A DNA stretch of 43,254 nt. Origin: Candidatus Bathyarchaeota archaeon (GTDB lineage: Archaea; Thermoproteota; Bathyarchaeia; 40CM-2-53-6; RBG-13-38-9). A model generated the notes under the pieces. It saw only the letters and a program-made list of their open reading frames with translations, was not told the DNA's origin and searched no databases. The translations under genes and the position numbers were made by a program. Below, piece after piece: positions 8,105-16,471 of this stretch. Each line of letters begins with the position of its first letter. Position 1 is the stretch's first letter. The DNA is taken from contig JAPKYM010000213.1 in the NCBI GenBank assembly GCA_026394315.1, positions 1 to 43,254 of the forward strand. The letters run 5' to 3'.

Positions 8105-11100
8105 TTAAGCACGCTCCTCTACAAGTAGCCTTGGAGCGATTCCTAGTGACATAAGCTCCTGTATCAGGAGTTTGAACGCATATGAGATGGATACAGGTGA
8201 GATCGTTGTCTTCTCGCCACAGACCCTGCATACGTACTTGTTCTGACGTGAATCATAGTACGCCATTAGGCCACATTTTTCACACACCGTTGCGGTATAA
8301 CGATCAGATTCATCAAGCAACCTGTCCCTGAGAAGGGCAGACGCACCGTGGCCAATCAGACAGTCCCTTTCCATCTCGCCGAACCTTAGACCACCGCCTC
8401 TGGCTCTGCCTTCCGTTGGTTGCCTAGTCAGCATCTGGACCTGGCCCCTGGCTCGGGCATGCATCTTGTCGGCGACCATATGGTGCAGTTTCTGATAATA
8501 GACTAGCCCAGTGTATATATCTGCTTCAAGCTTCTTACCGCTCATTCCATTGTAGAAGACCTCTCGGCCATTGTACTCTAACCCTAGCTTCACCAAAGCC
8601 TCTTGGAGGGTTGAGGGTTCATCGTTGCTGAAAGGGGTCCCGTCGATTGGAAATCCCATCATAGCTCCCACTTTGCCGGCTATTGACTCCACAAATTGCC
8701 CTACTGTCATTCTTGAGGGGATGGCGTGAGGATTTATTACAACATCGGGTACGATCCCAGATTCCGAAAAAGGCATGTCCTCCTTCGGAACCAGTAATCC
8801 TATTACCCCTTTCTGTCCATGTCTGGAAGCGAATTTATCGCCCAATTCTGGGATCCTTTGATTTCGAACCTTCACTTTTACCAGTTTGTTTCCCTCGATG
8901 GATTCTGTCAGGAATACTTGGTCAACAATTCCTGATTCTGAAGGTCGCATACAAACTGATGAATCTCTTTTGGTTGGTCCTCTTACCTCGAAGTCTTTGT
9001 ATTCTTCCAGAAATCTCGGTGGGCTGACTCTGCCGATAAGAACCATATTACCTGAGACCGGTGCCTCTGCGGAGATTAGTCCGTCCTCCTCAAGAAGCCT
9101 GTAGAATCGATCGCCTCTATAACCTCTTGTTCCGCCTTCCGGGATCTCGAATTTGTCCCTTAGGCCTCCTAGATACTGACGACTGTCAGCTTCGTAGACT
9201 TTGAAGAAGCTTGATCTAAGCAGTCCAAGATCTACTGAGGAGCGGTTTATGATTATGGCATCCTCCATATTGTAGCCTTGAAGTGATAGGACTGCTACAA
9301 CACAGTTTTGTCCTGAGGGTCGTCTCTCAAAATTTATACACTCCATAGGCTTTGTTCTTACCAAAGGAACTTGTGGGTAGTGCAGAATATGGGATCTTGA
9401 ATCTACCCTCGTTGAGAAGTTCGTGGCGAATACTCCTAAAGCCTGCTTCCCCATTGCTGACTCGTATGCATTTCTTGGCGACTGATTGTGCTCGGCATAG
9501 GGTATCAGTGAGGAGCAGATACCCATGATAGTGTAGGGAGCAAGCTCAAGATGCGTGGTACTGTTAGTGATTTTAGATACTTCAATAGCTACAAGTGTAT
9601 CTTCTTCCTCGTCAGCGTCCAGGTACTCAACTATTCCTTGCTTGATAAGGTCTGACCAACTTGTTTCTCCGCTGTTCATCCTTTCAGCGATCTCGTCTGT
9701 AAGTTTGGACTTTCCATTCTGAACTACTATCAGCGGTCTTCTAACCCTTCCAGAGTCACAGTTCACATAGATCTCAGTGTTGGCTTTCTCATGTCTGAGC
9801 TGAGTGTAGGCCACATTAACTTCTGAGCTCAGCTCACCCTTCCTTCTCATGTCACGAATATTCTCAACAAAGGCCTTCGGATCCATTACGTAGCCAGCGA
9901 TTATACCATCAACGGTGACCTTAGCACCGCTCTTCCTCACTTTACGATCTGCTTTTTCCAGAGGCAGAAGATCTAGATTTGTAAGTGTTCTAACAACTTC
10001 CCGTGGATCAATTCCAACAGAGATTATTGCCGAGAGTGCCAGATTCTTGACCAGACCACAATTGGATCCTTCAGGAGTCTCGTTCGGGCAAAGCCTTCCC
10101 CAATGGGTTGGATGCAGATCTCTTGCTTGGAGGTTAGGTTGGCTTCTGCTCAATGGCGACTGAAGTCTTCTTAAATGACTAAGAGTTGCCGGATAATTTG
10201 TCCTATCAAGAAGCTGTGTGACGCCTATCCTGCCTCTGACCCAGTTCCCGGTTGCCATGGCATGTTGAATTCTCTCAGTGATTATTCCAGGCCTGATCGC
10301 GTTGGCTATAGAGAGTTCTACTGATCTTCTAATCGTTATCCTCTCGAGCTGGTACTTGAGGTCTCTGGCCAGATTCCTGAATGTTATTCTGAACAATTCT
10401 GCAAGAAGAGGCCCTGCAAGTTTCAGTCTCTTGTTAGAGTAGTGATCCTTGTCGTCAGGTTGCCTCCTACCAAGTTTCAACTCAACTATCTTAGCAATTA
10501 TCTCAGACAAGAAGTAGGATTTCTCTAGCCTGTTTTCAGGCATTCTACCTAAGTGTGGAAGGAAGTTTCTGTCTACTACGGTTTCAGCCTTCTTGGTTCT
10601 ATATTCAGCTATCTGTCCGGGAGCAAGTCTGTTACCTATGAACAGGAAGGCATCTTTACTAGACGTCACGTCCAGAGCTTTCTCGAAAGATCCCTCGAGT
10701 TCATTCTGAACCTCTTCATCAACTGACACTAATTCTGCTATCTTGACGTCTGCTTCAATTCCGAGAGCCTTCATGATGACAACGAAGGGTATATCCGCTG
10801 GCATCCCTGGCATTAAGACATAGATTGCGCCGTCGGTCTTCATAGTAACCTCAATTCGGGCTCTGAACCCAACTGTTGTTGAGAAGATCTTGGCCTTATA
10901 ATTCGGATTCAAACCCACCTTCTCAACATCAGCCAGAACACGGTTTGGAGCCAGATCTTCAAGTGCGACTACTACCCTTTCAGACCCGTTAATAAGGAAG
11001 TAGCCACCTGGGTCTAGAGGATCTTCACCGACTGAAACGAGCTCATCAGGAGTTAGTCTTGAAAGTGGACATATTGCGGACTTTAGCATTACAGGCAGAT

Positions 11101-11458
11101 CACCGATATATACAAGCTCTGTTGCACCCTCCTTCTCCCCTATGATCGGTGTCATCTCAAGATGCAGAGGTGCGGCATAGGTTAGATTTCTTATCCGCGC
11201 TTCAGCTGGATAGACTCGCCTCTCTGAGCCGTCTACCTCCATCACCCTCGGAGTTCCGATCTCGATCTTTCCAAGTTTTATTGTGAAGGGATTCTCCTCG
11301 ACCTCTATGGGGGTCTCTGCCACCTCATCAATTATGGATTGGAGGCCGGATTCGATGAACTCGGTATAGGAGTCTATGTGCTGTCTTACTAAGCCTGTCT
11401 CCTTGATGAATCCCTTCATTATGTTCCAAAGGGTTGATTCTGATCTGGATTCCTGCAA
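8105..11458 (-). CDS. rpoB: RNA polymerase subunit Rpo2 (B, unsplit)
   Basis: GDKFASRHGQKG, GGLRFGEMERD, C-terminal zinc finger. Confidence 0.98.
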   Translation of the reverse strand: MQESRSESTLWNIMKGFIKETGLVRQHIDSYTEFIESGLQSIIDEVAETPIEVEENPFTIKLGKIEIGTPRVMEVDGSERRVYPAEARIRNLTYAAPLHLEMTPIIGEKEGATELVYIGDLPVMLKSAICPLSRLTPDELVSVGEDPLDPGGYFLINGSERVVVALEDLAPNRVLADVEKVGLNPNYKAKIFSTTVGFRARIEVTMKTDGAIYVLMPGMPADIPFVVIMKALGIEADVKIAELVSVDEEVQNELEGSFEKALDVTSSKDAFLFIGNRLAPGQIAEYRTKKAETVVDRNFLPHLGRMPENRLEKSYFLSEIIAKIVELKLGRRQPDDKDHYSNKRLKLAGPLLAELFRITFRNLARDLKYQLERITIRRSVELSIANAIRPGIITERIQHAMATGNWVRGRIGVTQLLDRTNYPATLSHLRRLQSPLSRSQPNLQARDLHPTHWGRLCPNETPEGSNCGLVKNLALSAIISVGIDPREVVRTLTNLDLLPLEKADRKVRKSGAKVTVDGIIAGYVMDPKAFVENIRDMRRKGELSSEVNVAYTQLRHEKANTEIYVNCDSGRVRRPLIVVQNGKSKLTDEIAERMNSGETSWSDLIKQGIVEYLDADEEEDTLVAIEVSKITNSTTHLELAPYTIMGICSSLIPYAEHNQSPRNAYESAMGKQALGVFATNFSTRVDSRSHILHYPQVPLVRTKPMECINFERRPSGQNCVVAVLSLQGYNMEDAIIINRSSVDLGLLRSSFFKVYEADSRQYLGGLRDKFEIPEGGTRGYRGDRFYRLLEEDGLISAEAPVSGNMVLIGRVSPPRFLEEYKDFEVRGPTKRDSSVCMRPSESGIVDQVFLTESIEGNKLVKVKVRNQRIPELGDKFASRHGQKGVIGLLVPKEDMPFSESGIVPDVVINPHAIPSRMTVGQFVESIAGKVGAMMGFPIDGTPFSNDEPSTLQEALVKLGLEYNGREVFYNGMSGKKLEADIYTGLVYYQKLHHMVADKMHARARGQVQMLTRQPTEGRARGGGLRFGEMERDCLIGHGASALLRDRLLDESDRYTATVCEKCGLMAYYDSRQNKYVCRVCGEKTTISPVSISYAFKLLIQELMSLGIAPRLLVEERA

Positions 11459-11477
11459 GAACTAATCATACCTCATT

Positions 11478-11732
11478 TCAATCTTCAACAACATTACGGT
11501 AAATCACTACTTCTCCAGCCGTCGAGCTCCTCCGAACTATCTTGAGGACATCTCCAGGCTTTGCGTCTATAGCCAATACGGCCGGATCTGAGGCACGTAT
11601 TGATGGGAGTTGGTAGGACTTTATTCGGTGCCTGGCCAAGAGTTCCTCTAGCTCTTTCTTTGAAAGGATCGTATGCTGCGGAACCAGTTCATGTTCGAAG
11701 GTGAAGTCTCTCTTCTTTATTTCCTTAGTCAA
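11478..11732 (-). CDS. rpoH: RNA polymerase subunit Rpo5 (H)
   Basis: [27 protein letters not shown] motifs. Confidence 0.97.
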   Translation of the reverse strand: MTKEIKKRDFTFEHELVPQHTILSKKELEELLARHRIKSYQLPSIRASDPAVLAIDAKPGDVLKIVRRSSTAGEVVIYRNVVED

Positions 11733-11846
11733 TCAGGACAACTGCTCCTAGCCGGAGAAAAAGCTCCTCACCATGAGCTTGGAGGACTCTGATATGGAGC
11801 TTGCTATTAGCAAAAATGATCATTCTAATAAATATTGTGCGAGCAT

Positions 11847-11951
11847 GGTTCTGGCAAGTCTTCGGTTGATCCAGCCGACTGTAAAAAGTCGGTTGATCGG
11901 TTGGTTCTGGTAACTTGACGGGTGGTTTAATGGAATTCTTCCGCCTGTTAA
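11847..11951 (+). repeat. Left terminal inverted repeat
   Basis: Begins GGTTCTGGCAAG. Contains TCGGTTG repeats, an 11-6-11 imperfect palindrome (11870-11897) and a second GGTTCTGGTAAC at 11903. Confidence 0.9.
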
Positions 11952-12032
11952 GTTTCGGGGGACTTTTCGAGTACATGGCAATTGGGGTAACTAATATTCA
12001 TTTCGCTAACAGTTCTCGCTTGGCGGAAATTA

Positions 12033-12767
12033 TTGCATCCACTTGAAAGAGCAGGATGGACATGCGGCTTCATTATGCTAATAATCATGATAATCACTTG
12101 GCTGGTAGGCGACATTCCTTTCCAGTGGAAAGCATTGTTTTCAGTCATATCCATTGTCATTATTGGAATTACTGCTTTCTGGAGAAGGATCAGAGGCTTC
12201 AAGCCGCCTAAACTGCTCGTCAAGCGAGCAGAGTTGAGTCCAGAGGAAGAAACGAGGGAAATTCGTGTCCGATTTCGTAATGGTCAAGAGAAGTTACATG
12301 AAGCTCGGTTTTACTTCGTTACAGTTGAGAATGTTGAAGGTAAAAGAATCAAAGGATTGCGACCATGTATTTACCTCCATTATAATATGTTGATCGTGTC
12401 GCCGTACGGCAAGCCCTTAATCAACGTGGATTATCAGGGGCCTCTATGGGAGTTTGAGCAAAAAGGGCTACAAGCTTACCTTGATGCCCTCATGAATGAC
12501 GGAAAGAAAGTAAAGGAGAGCGTTAGCTTTCCTCCAGATAAGAGAGCGTCCGTAACATTTGCCCTTTTCCTCACTTTGAAGGATTTTCCGTGGTTGGATA
12601 TTCCCGCAGACAAAAAACGCTATCACCCTATCCCATCTAAGTTCCGCATCAAGTTAGCCTTTAGGACGGAGGACTTGCTTCCTTACCATGTGGCAACATA
12701 CGAGATAAATGCCCAACAAACGTGGGATAAGATTGGTGTCGAAGAAGTTCAAGTTAAAGAAACTTAG
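12033..12767 (+). CDS. Hypothetical membrane protein (2 N-terminal TM helices plus soluble domain); passenger gene
   Basis: 244-aa ORF with two hydrophobic segments followed by a basic RRIRG. Confidence 0.65.
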   Translation: MHPLERAGWTCGFIMLIIMIITWLVGDIPFQWKALFSVISIVIIGITAFWRRIRGFKPPKLLVKRAELSPEEETREIRVRFRNGQEKLHEARFYFVTVENVEGKRIKGLRPCIYLHYNMLIVSPYGKPLINVDYQGPLWEFEQKGLQAYLDALMNDGKKVKESVSFPPDKRASVTFALFLTLKDFPWLDIPADKKRYHPIPSKFRIKLAFRTEDLLPYHVATYEINAQQTWDKIGVEEVQVKET

Positions 12768-12910
12768 GTTCTCTCAAATTTCAAGAGTTGTCTTAGCAAT
12801 TCCAAGTCGCGTTCGCACCCTTCAATGATCGATTTCAATCCCAATCTCCGTATGCGTGTAAGCAGAGTCGTGTAACCTTTGAGGCGTTTGCCTTCTAGAT
12901 AGGCTTCACG
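12764..12910 (-). pseudogene. 5'-truncated remnant of a small basic helical protein
   Basis: 48 open codons (REAYLEGKRLKGYTTLLTRIRRLGLKSIIEGCERDLELLRQLLKFERT*) with no start. Its stop overlaps the stop of the convergent gene. Confidence 0.4.
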
Positions 12911-12974
12911 TCATAACCAACGACAGAAACCTAAATAAAGAAATTTATGCTCAAGTTCTGATTCCTAGTAGCCA

Positions 12975-13193
12975 TTGGCTTGCACTATTATCACTTCAAA
13001 ACACGCTTTTGAAAGGCAGGAAGAGAGAGGCATAAGTCCAGATGAGGTTCGCAATGCCATGATGAGAGGTTCGAAACATAAGAATTCAGATGGGACTATG
13101 ACTGCCAAGTATGGATCATGTGAAGTGGTTTATAAGAGTCCACGACAATGGAGACAGTTCGTGATAACTGTCAAAATCGTCTCTGGTGAATGA
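12975..13193 (+). CDS. DUF4258-like (RelE/BrnT-type) putative toxin
   Basis: SKHAFERQEERGISPDEV N-terminus and VITV C-terminus typical of the family; coupled to a zinc-finger gene. Confidence 0.75.
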   Translation: MACTIITSKHAFERQEERGISPDEVRNAMMRGSKHKNSDGTMTAKYGSCEVVYKSPRQWRQFVITVKIVSGE

Positions 13194-13563
13194 ACGATAT
13201 GGAAGAGTGCCTATTTGCTCAGGCCGCCTAAAAGAAGCGAAGGTGACCGTGGAGATTTCGGGAGCAAAACTCGGAAGTTTCGATGGTCTACAATGTGAGA
13301 GATGTGGCGAAGAGTTTCTTTTGCCAAAGTCAACGAATGTTGCACATGCGACAGCACTGAGCAAGAATCTTTTTGGTAAGTTGAAGGAACCCGAATCAAT
13401 GTCTACTCTACCACATGAATCACTAGCTTACGAAATTCGATCCGTAGGTACAGTAGTGACTCCCCTAACATCTACGAATGAAATAAGCTTGGCTAATTAT
13501 GAAGTTGAGATATCAACAAGCCTAACGGGTTCCTCTGTTGAGATAACTGCTAAATGCGAGTGA
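13186..13563 (+). CDS. YgiT/MqsA-type zinc-finger putative antitoxin with S/T-rich tail; probable 1-nt frameshift at ~13210
   Basis: xPICSG...QCERCGEEF. ATG at 13190 (ATGA overlap with the toxin stop) reads MNDMEEC, and one extra C would give CPIC. Confidence 0.72.
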   Translation: MNERYGRVPICSGRLKEAKVTVEISGAKLGSFDGLQCERCGEEFLLPKSTNVAHATALSKNLFGKLKEPESMSTLPHESLAYEIRSVGTVVTPLTSTNEISLANYEVEISTSLTGSSVEITAKCE

Positions 13564-13569
13564 TGGCCT

Positions 13570-14061
13570 TTGGCTTCAATGCCGAAAGGCACCGTATCCA
13601 AGGAACGTTTCGTAGATGTTGATTTTGAAGTTGTTAAGGAACCTTGGAACAAGTATCAATTAGATGATAATGCTATTCTCAAAGTCAAACTTGTTCTAAC
13701 TCTACTTCGTAGAAAAGAACTGTTACGACCTGATGGAAGTGTCGAGAAGATTGTCGGCTTTAGTTTTGACAGTCAAAATGTCACCACCGTACAGAGCGTC
13801 CCTGAATCCTTGAAGGGGTCTCCTTCTACAGAGTCCTACGATCCAAAACAACTTGAATCTTCCATAGTCCAAGATGACATTGGCTATACCACACTTGCCG
13901 AGGAATGGAATGAATATCTCGATGAAACTGGAGAAAAAGTTCGAATGAAAACAACTGTAGGCAGAGTGGCAAGAACAAGTAAATTTGACAAGCATGGAAA
14001 TCCTGTGTATCTTGTTTCATCGCATGGAATAGCTGACATAAAGGTTCGAAAACCATCCTAG
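13570..14061 (+). CDS. Hypothetical protein with an internal two-fold repeat; third gene of the TA-like operon
   Basis: Repeated D.....E.WN.Y.......++K..+ motif (EPWNKY / EEWNEY); starts 6 nt after the antitoxin stop. Confidence 0.75.
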   Translation: MASMPKGTVSKERFVDVDFEVVKEPWNKYQLDDNAILKVKLVLTLLRRKELLRPDGSVEKIVGFSFDSQNVTTVQSVPESLKGSPSTESYDPKQLESSIVQDDIGYTTLAEEWNEYLDETGEKVRMKTTVGRVARTSKFDKHGNPVYLVSSHGIADIKVRKPS

Positions 14062-14087
14062 ATTGGTGCCTTTTGACCACCCAGAAG

Positions 14088-14193
14088 TTAACAGGCCGAA
14101 AAAATCTGTTAGACTACCCACTTAAGTTACCAGAACCAACCGATCAACCGACTTTTTACAGTCGGCTGGATCAATCGAAGACTTGCCAGAACC
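14088..14193 (-). repeat. Right terminal inverted repeat
   Basis: Reverse complement of the left end; terminates ...CTTGCCAGAACC. Confidence 0.9.
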
Positions 14194-14272
14194 TGCGAGC
14201 ATCGGCTTCAGAAACATCTTGTGGCCGATAGTATGGGCTGGCCGGCTAGCGCCAGCACGCGCCGTTTCGCAT

Positions 14273-15055
14273 TCATCCTATTAATCTTGCTGATGTTTGG
14301 CCATCAGGGCCAAATTCGAAATCCAAATCAGTAGTCATCTGATGCATGACCAAGTTGGTATGGGCTTGGAGAATCTGAATTCTCAAGTCAATCCTAACCT
14401 TCACGTTTTCCTTGGGATTGGCAAGGACTATTCCCTGTCTTTGGAATGCCAAACTTCTGAGGCCGATCCAGAAAGTCACTTGGGGAACATCCGTGCCTAA
14501 CACCTTCGACTTCTCATCCCAAAGCGGGCTTTCCGAGTTTGTCTGAACATTTGACACCTTTGCAAAGTCTACCAATTTGTACATTCGTCCACTGAGGTTT
14601 ACTGTAGACTCTGCTGTATCCACAATACTGGACTCATAATACACAGGAAATCTGGATGGGGATGATATATTCATAGTGAGTTTGGTAGCTAGCAGAGCTT
14701 CACCATTGAGGTATTGTATTTGGGGTTTCTGCTCAATACTCATCGAAGTGATGTTGGCTATTCCGTGATTTCTAACCTCGCTCAACAACACCTCGGTCTC
14801 CCTCAGGATACTCTTAGCTTCCTCCATTTTTCTGGAGGCGTCAGCGAATACCCTGTTAGCTGCATCTAGTCTTGAAGTCGCCTCGTTGACGAGCACATCC
14901 ATCTCTCTCATATCTTGAGATACCTCAGCCAGCTGCACGTTTGAGTCTTGGGATAGCCTGTAGGCTTGAGAGTATAGATAGCCTGACCATATTGAGATGC
15001 TTAAGGTAACAATAATCGCGAGGGTGACAAAACGTTGTTGGGTCTGAGTTGACAT
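14273..15055 (-). CDS. Membrane-anchored hypothetical protein with coiled coil
   Basis: N-terminal TM helix, heptad-rich segment, beta-rich C-terminal domain. Confidence 0.65.
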   Translation of the reverse strand: MSTQTQQRFVTLAIIVTLSISIWSGYLYSQAYRLSQDSNVQLAEVSQDMREMDVLVNEATSRLDAANRVFADASRKMEEAKSILRETEVLLSEVRNHGIANITSMSIEQKPQIQYLNGEALLATKLTMNISSPSRFPVYYESSIVDTAESTVNLSGRMYKLVDFAKVSNVQTNSESPLWDEKSKVLGTDVPQVTFWIGLRSLAFQRQGIVLANPKENVKVRIDLRIQILQAHTNLVMHQMTTDLDFEFGPDGQTSARLIG

Positions 15056-15268
15056 TTTGCGCTCTATTAACGTTAGGCTACCTATAATTTATCTTAATAT
15101 ATCGGAACAAGTTACGCGTTTCCATAGACATCTGAGGTCTCATCTGCGAATACAATTATGAAAATTGATTAGCAGATCTCGTTGGGATTGGACGTGCTTT
15201 TGTTGCAGAACAGAACTGCTCTATGAGGGCCATCGTAACTCTAAGAGAACCGAGATCTGAGGAACCGA

Positions 15269-15784
15269 CTAGTCTTTTCTTCTCAGATACAACTTGATAC
15301 CGTGGGACCTTAAGACTTCGACTATCATTGGTTTTGAGATCGCTCTCAGAAGCAGGTGTCCCAATAATCCTATGGCTATTACGCTTCCAACAAGGACTAA
15401 GAGCAATCCAGTTGCTAGGGGTACATTGAATATGTAGCTTAGGTAGCTTCCCACCACAAGGGTAACCGTTAAGATTTCGACCGCCGTGGCGTAAAGCCAG
15501 CTGCCTTTCAGCCTTGTACACCCAATCTTCCAGCCTAGAAGTGTTGCTGTGAAATTTGCTATTGCTCCTCCCAGAATATCGATGATTCCTAACCCACCGA
15601 AGAAATTGGATATGACGGCTCCAAGAGTTACACCCATGATTGCGGGCCATCCGAAGAGTATCGCAAGGGGTAACATAGCGTCGGCGACTCTTACTTGAAA
15701 TATGTTGAAACTTATTGACGTGAGGGAGATTACTGCTGCAGCATACAATGCTGTAAAAGCTGTTGTCAGAGAGAGTTCCTTCAT
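15269..15784 (-). CDS. queT: QueT-family (7-deazaguanine precursor) transporter S-component
   Basis: ALYAA......ISF..FQVRVAD...L......AI.GVTLG..ISN.FG.LG.ID...G pattern; ATG at 15784 after GGAG. Confidence 0.85.
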   Translation of the reverse strand: MKELSLTTAFTALYAAAVISLTSISFNIFQVRVADAMLPLAILFGWPAIMGVTLGAVISNFFGGLGIIDILGGAIANFTATLLGWKIGCTRLKGSWLYATAVEILTVTLVVGSYLSYIFNVPLATGLLLVLVGSVIAIGLLGHLLLRAISKPMIVEVLRSHGIKLYLRRKD

Positions 15785-15925
15785 TTTCTCCGAATTCAAA
15801 GTTGCACTCCGACTCCGTGGTTTCTAGATTGGAACGGGCTGGAAAAACCAGCCGCCACATCTTCGCAGGATTATTGCAAGTTAGATAAGGCTTCTTTTCT
15901 TTGATCCAACCTAATCTTGGATTGT

Positions 15926-16471
15926 TCACTTCTCTTTGAGTTGCTTCACGATACTTTTGAGCTGCCTTTCCCAATCTACAGGCGTCACATTTGGAAATGA
16001 CCAATTGGCGTGGGGTTGATGATATCTCCCGAGGGATATGGTCTTAAGATGAGGCGCGAAGTGTTTGAATCCTGAAAGAGTAACCCATTCCAAATAGTAT
16101 TGGAACCCAATAAGTAAGACAAGATCATACCGTCCTTGGCCGTCAAGCCCTTGCCAGTTAGGATCTCTGAGTCGATTCGAAATATCCATAATAGGCATCC
16201 AAGATGCTCTGTTGAAACCTCGCTGTGTGAATTCACCGATCACATGTGCAGTAGCTACGATCTGAGCTCCTGTCAGTTCTGCTATTTGAATTACGTAGTC
16301 TATAGGCTTTCCCTGTTCCAGATCCACACTGGCAGCTTCATGCCCTACTATTAGTATTGGCCGTTTAGATTTCTTGATCGCCGCAACCACAACTTCAGGC
16401 TTAATGACTGGGAGGGCTCTGGTTAATCCGGAGACCTCTGCAGTCTGCCAAGGCTCAGCTCTCGCTATCAT
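15926..16471 (-). CDS. cdhB: CO dehydrogenase/acetyl-CoA synthase epsilon subunit
   Basis: IKKSKRPILIVG, DPNWQGLDGQGRYDL, HQPHANWSFPN; overlaps the cdhA stop. Confidence 0.95.
   Translation of the reverse strand: MIARAEPWQTAEVSGLTRALPVIKPEVVVAAIKKSKRPILIVGHEAASVDLEQGKPIDYVIQIAELTGAQIVATAHVIGEFTQRGFNRASWMPIMDISNRLRDPNWQGLDGQGRYDLVLLIGFQYYLEWVTLSGFKHFAPHLKTISLGRYHQPHANWSFPNVTPVDWERQLKSIVKQLKEK

Larger units (their letters stand above)
11847..14193. mobile_element. Non-autonomous transposon-like cassette (2,347 bp) with long terminal inverted repeats, 9-bp TSD and passenger genes
   Basis: 11847-11916 matches the reverse complement of 14124-14193 at 69/70, with weaker similarity out to ~105 bp. 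Direct repeat TGCGAGCAT at 11838-11846 and 14194-14202. No transposase ORF inside. Confidence 0.9.

Noticed and set aside
8103..8231. 43-aa N-terminal extension of Rpo1 in the ORF track
   Set aside because: Overlaps the rpoB 3' end; homology begins at ATG 8102.
4272..11458. Fused Rpo1/Rpo2 as a novelty, and possible inteins
   Set aside because: Fusion is established for several TACK lineages. Lengths are normal and no intein motifs were seen.
11725..12223. Minus-strand ORFs (83 and 91 aa) as a possible transposase
   Set aside because: They run through the TIR or antisense to the 2-TM gene and show no DDE, HTH or zinc motifs.
15156..16004. 282-aa minus-strand ORF
   Set aside because: Alternative frame over queT and cdhB; composition not protein-like.
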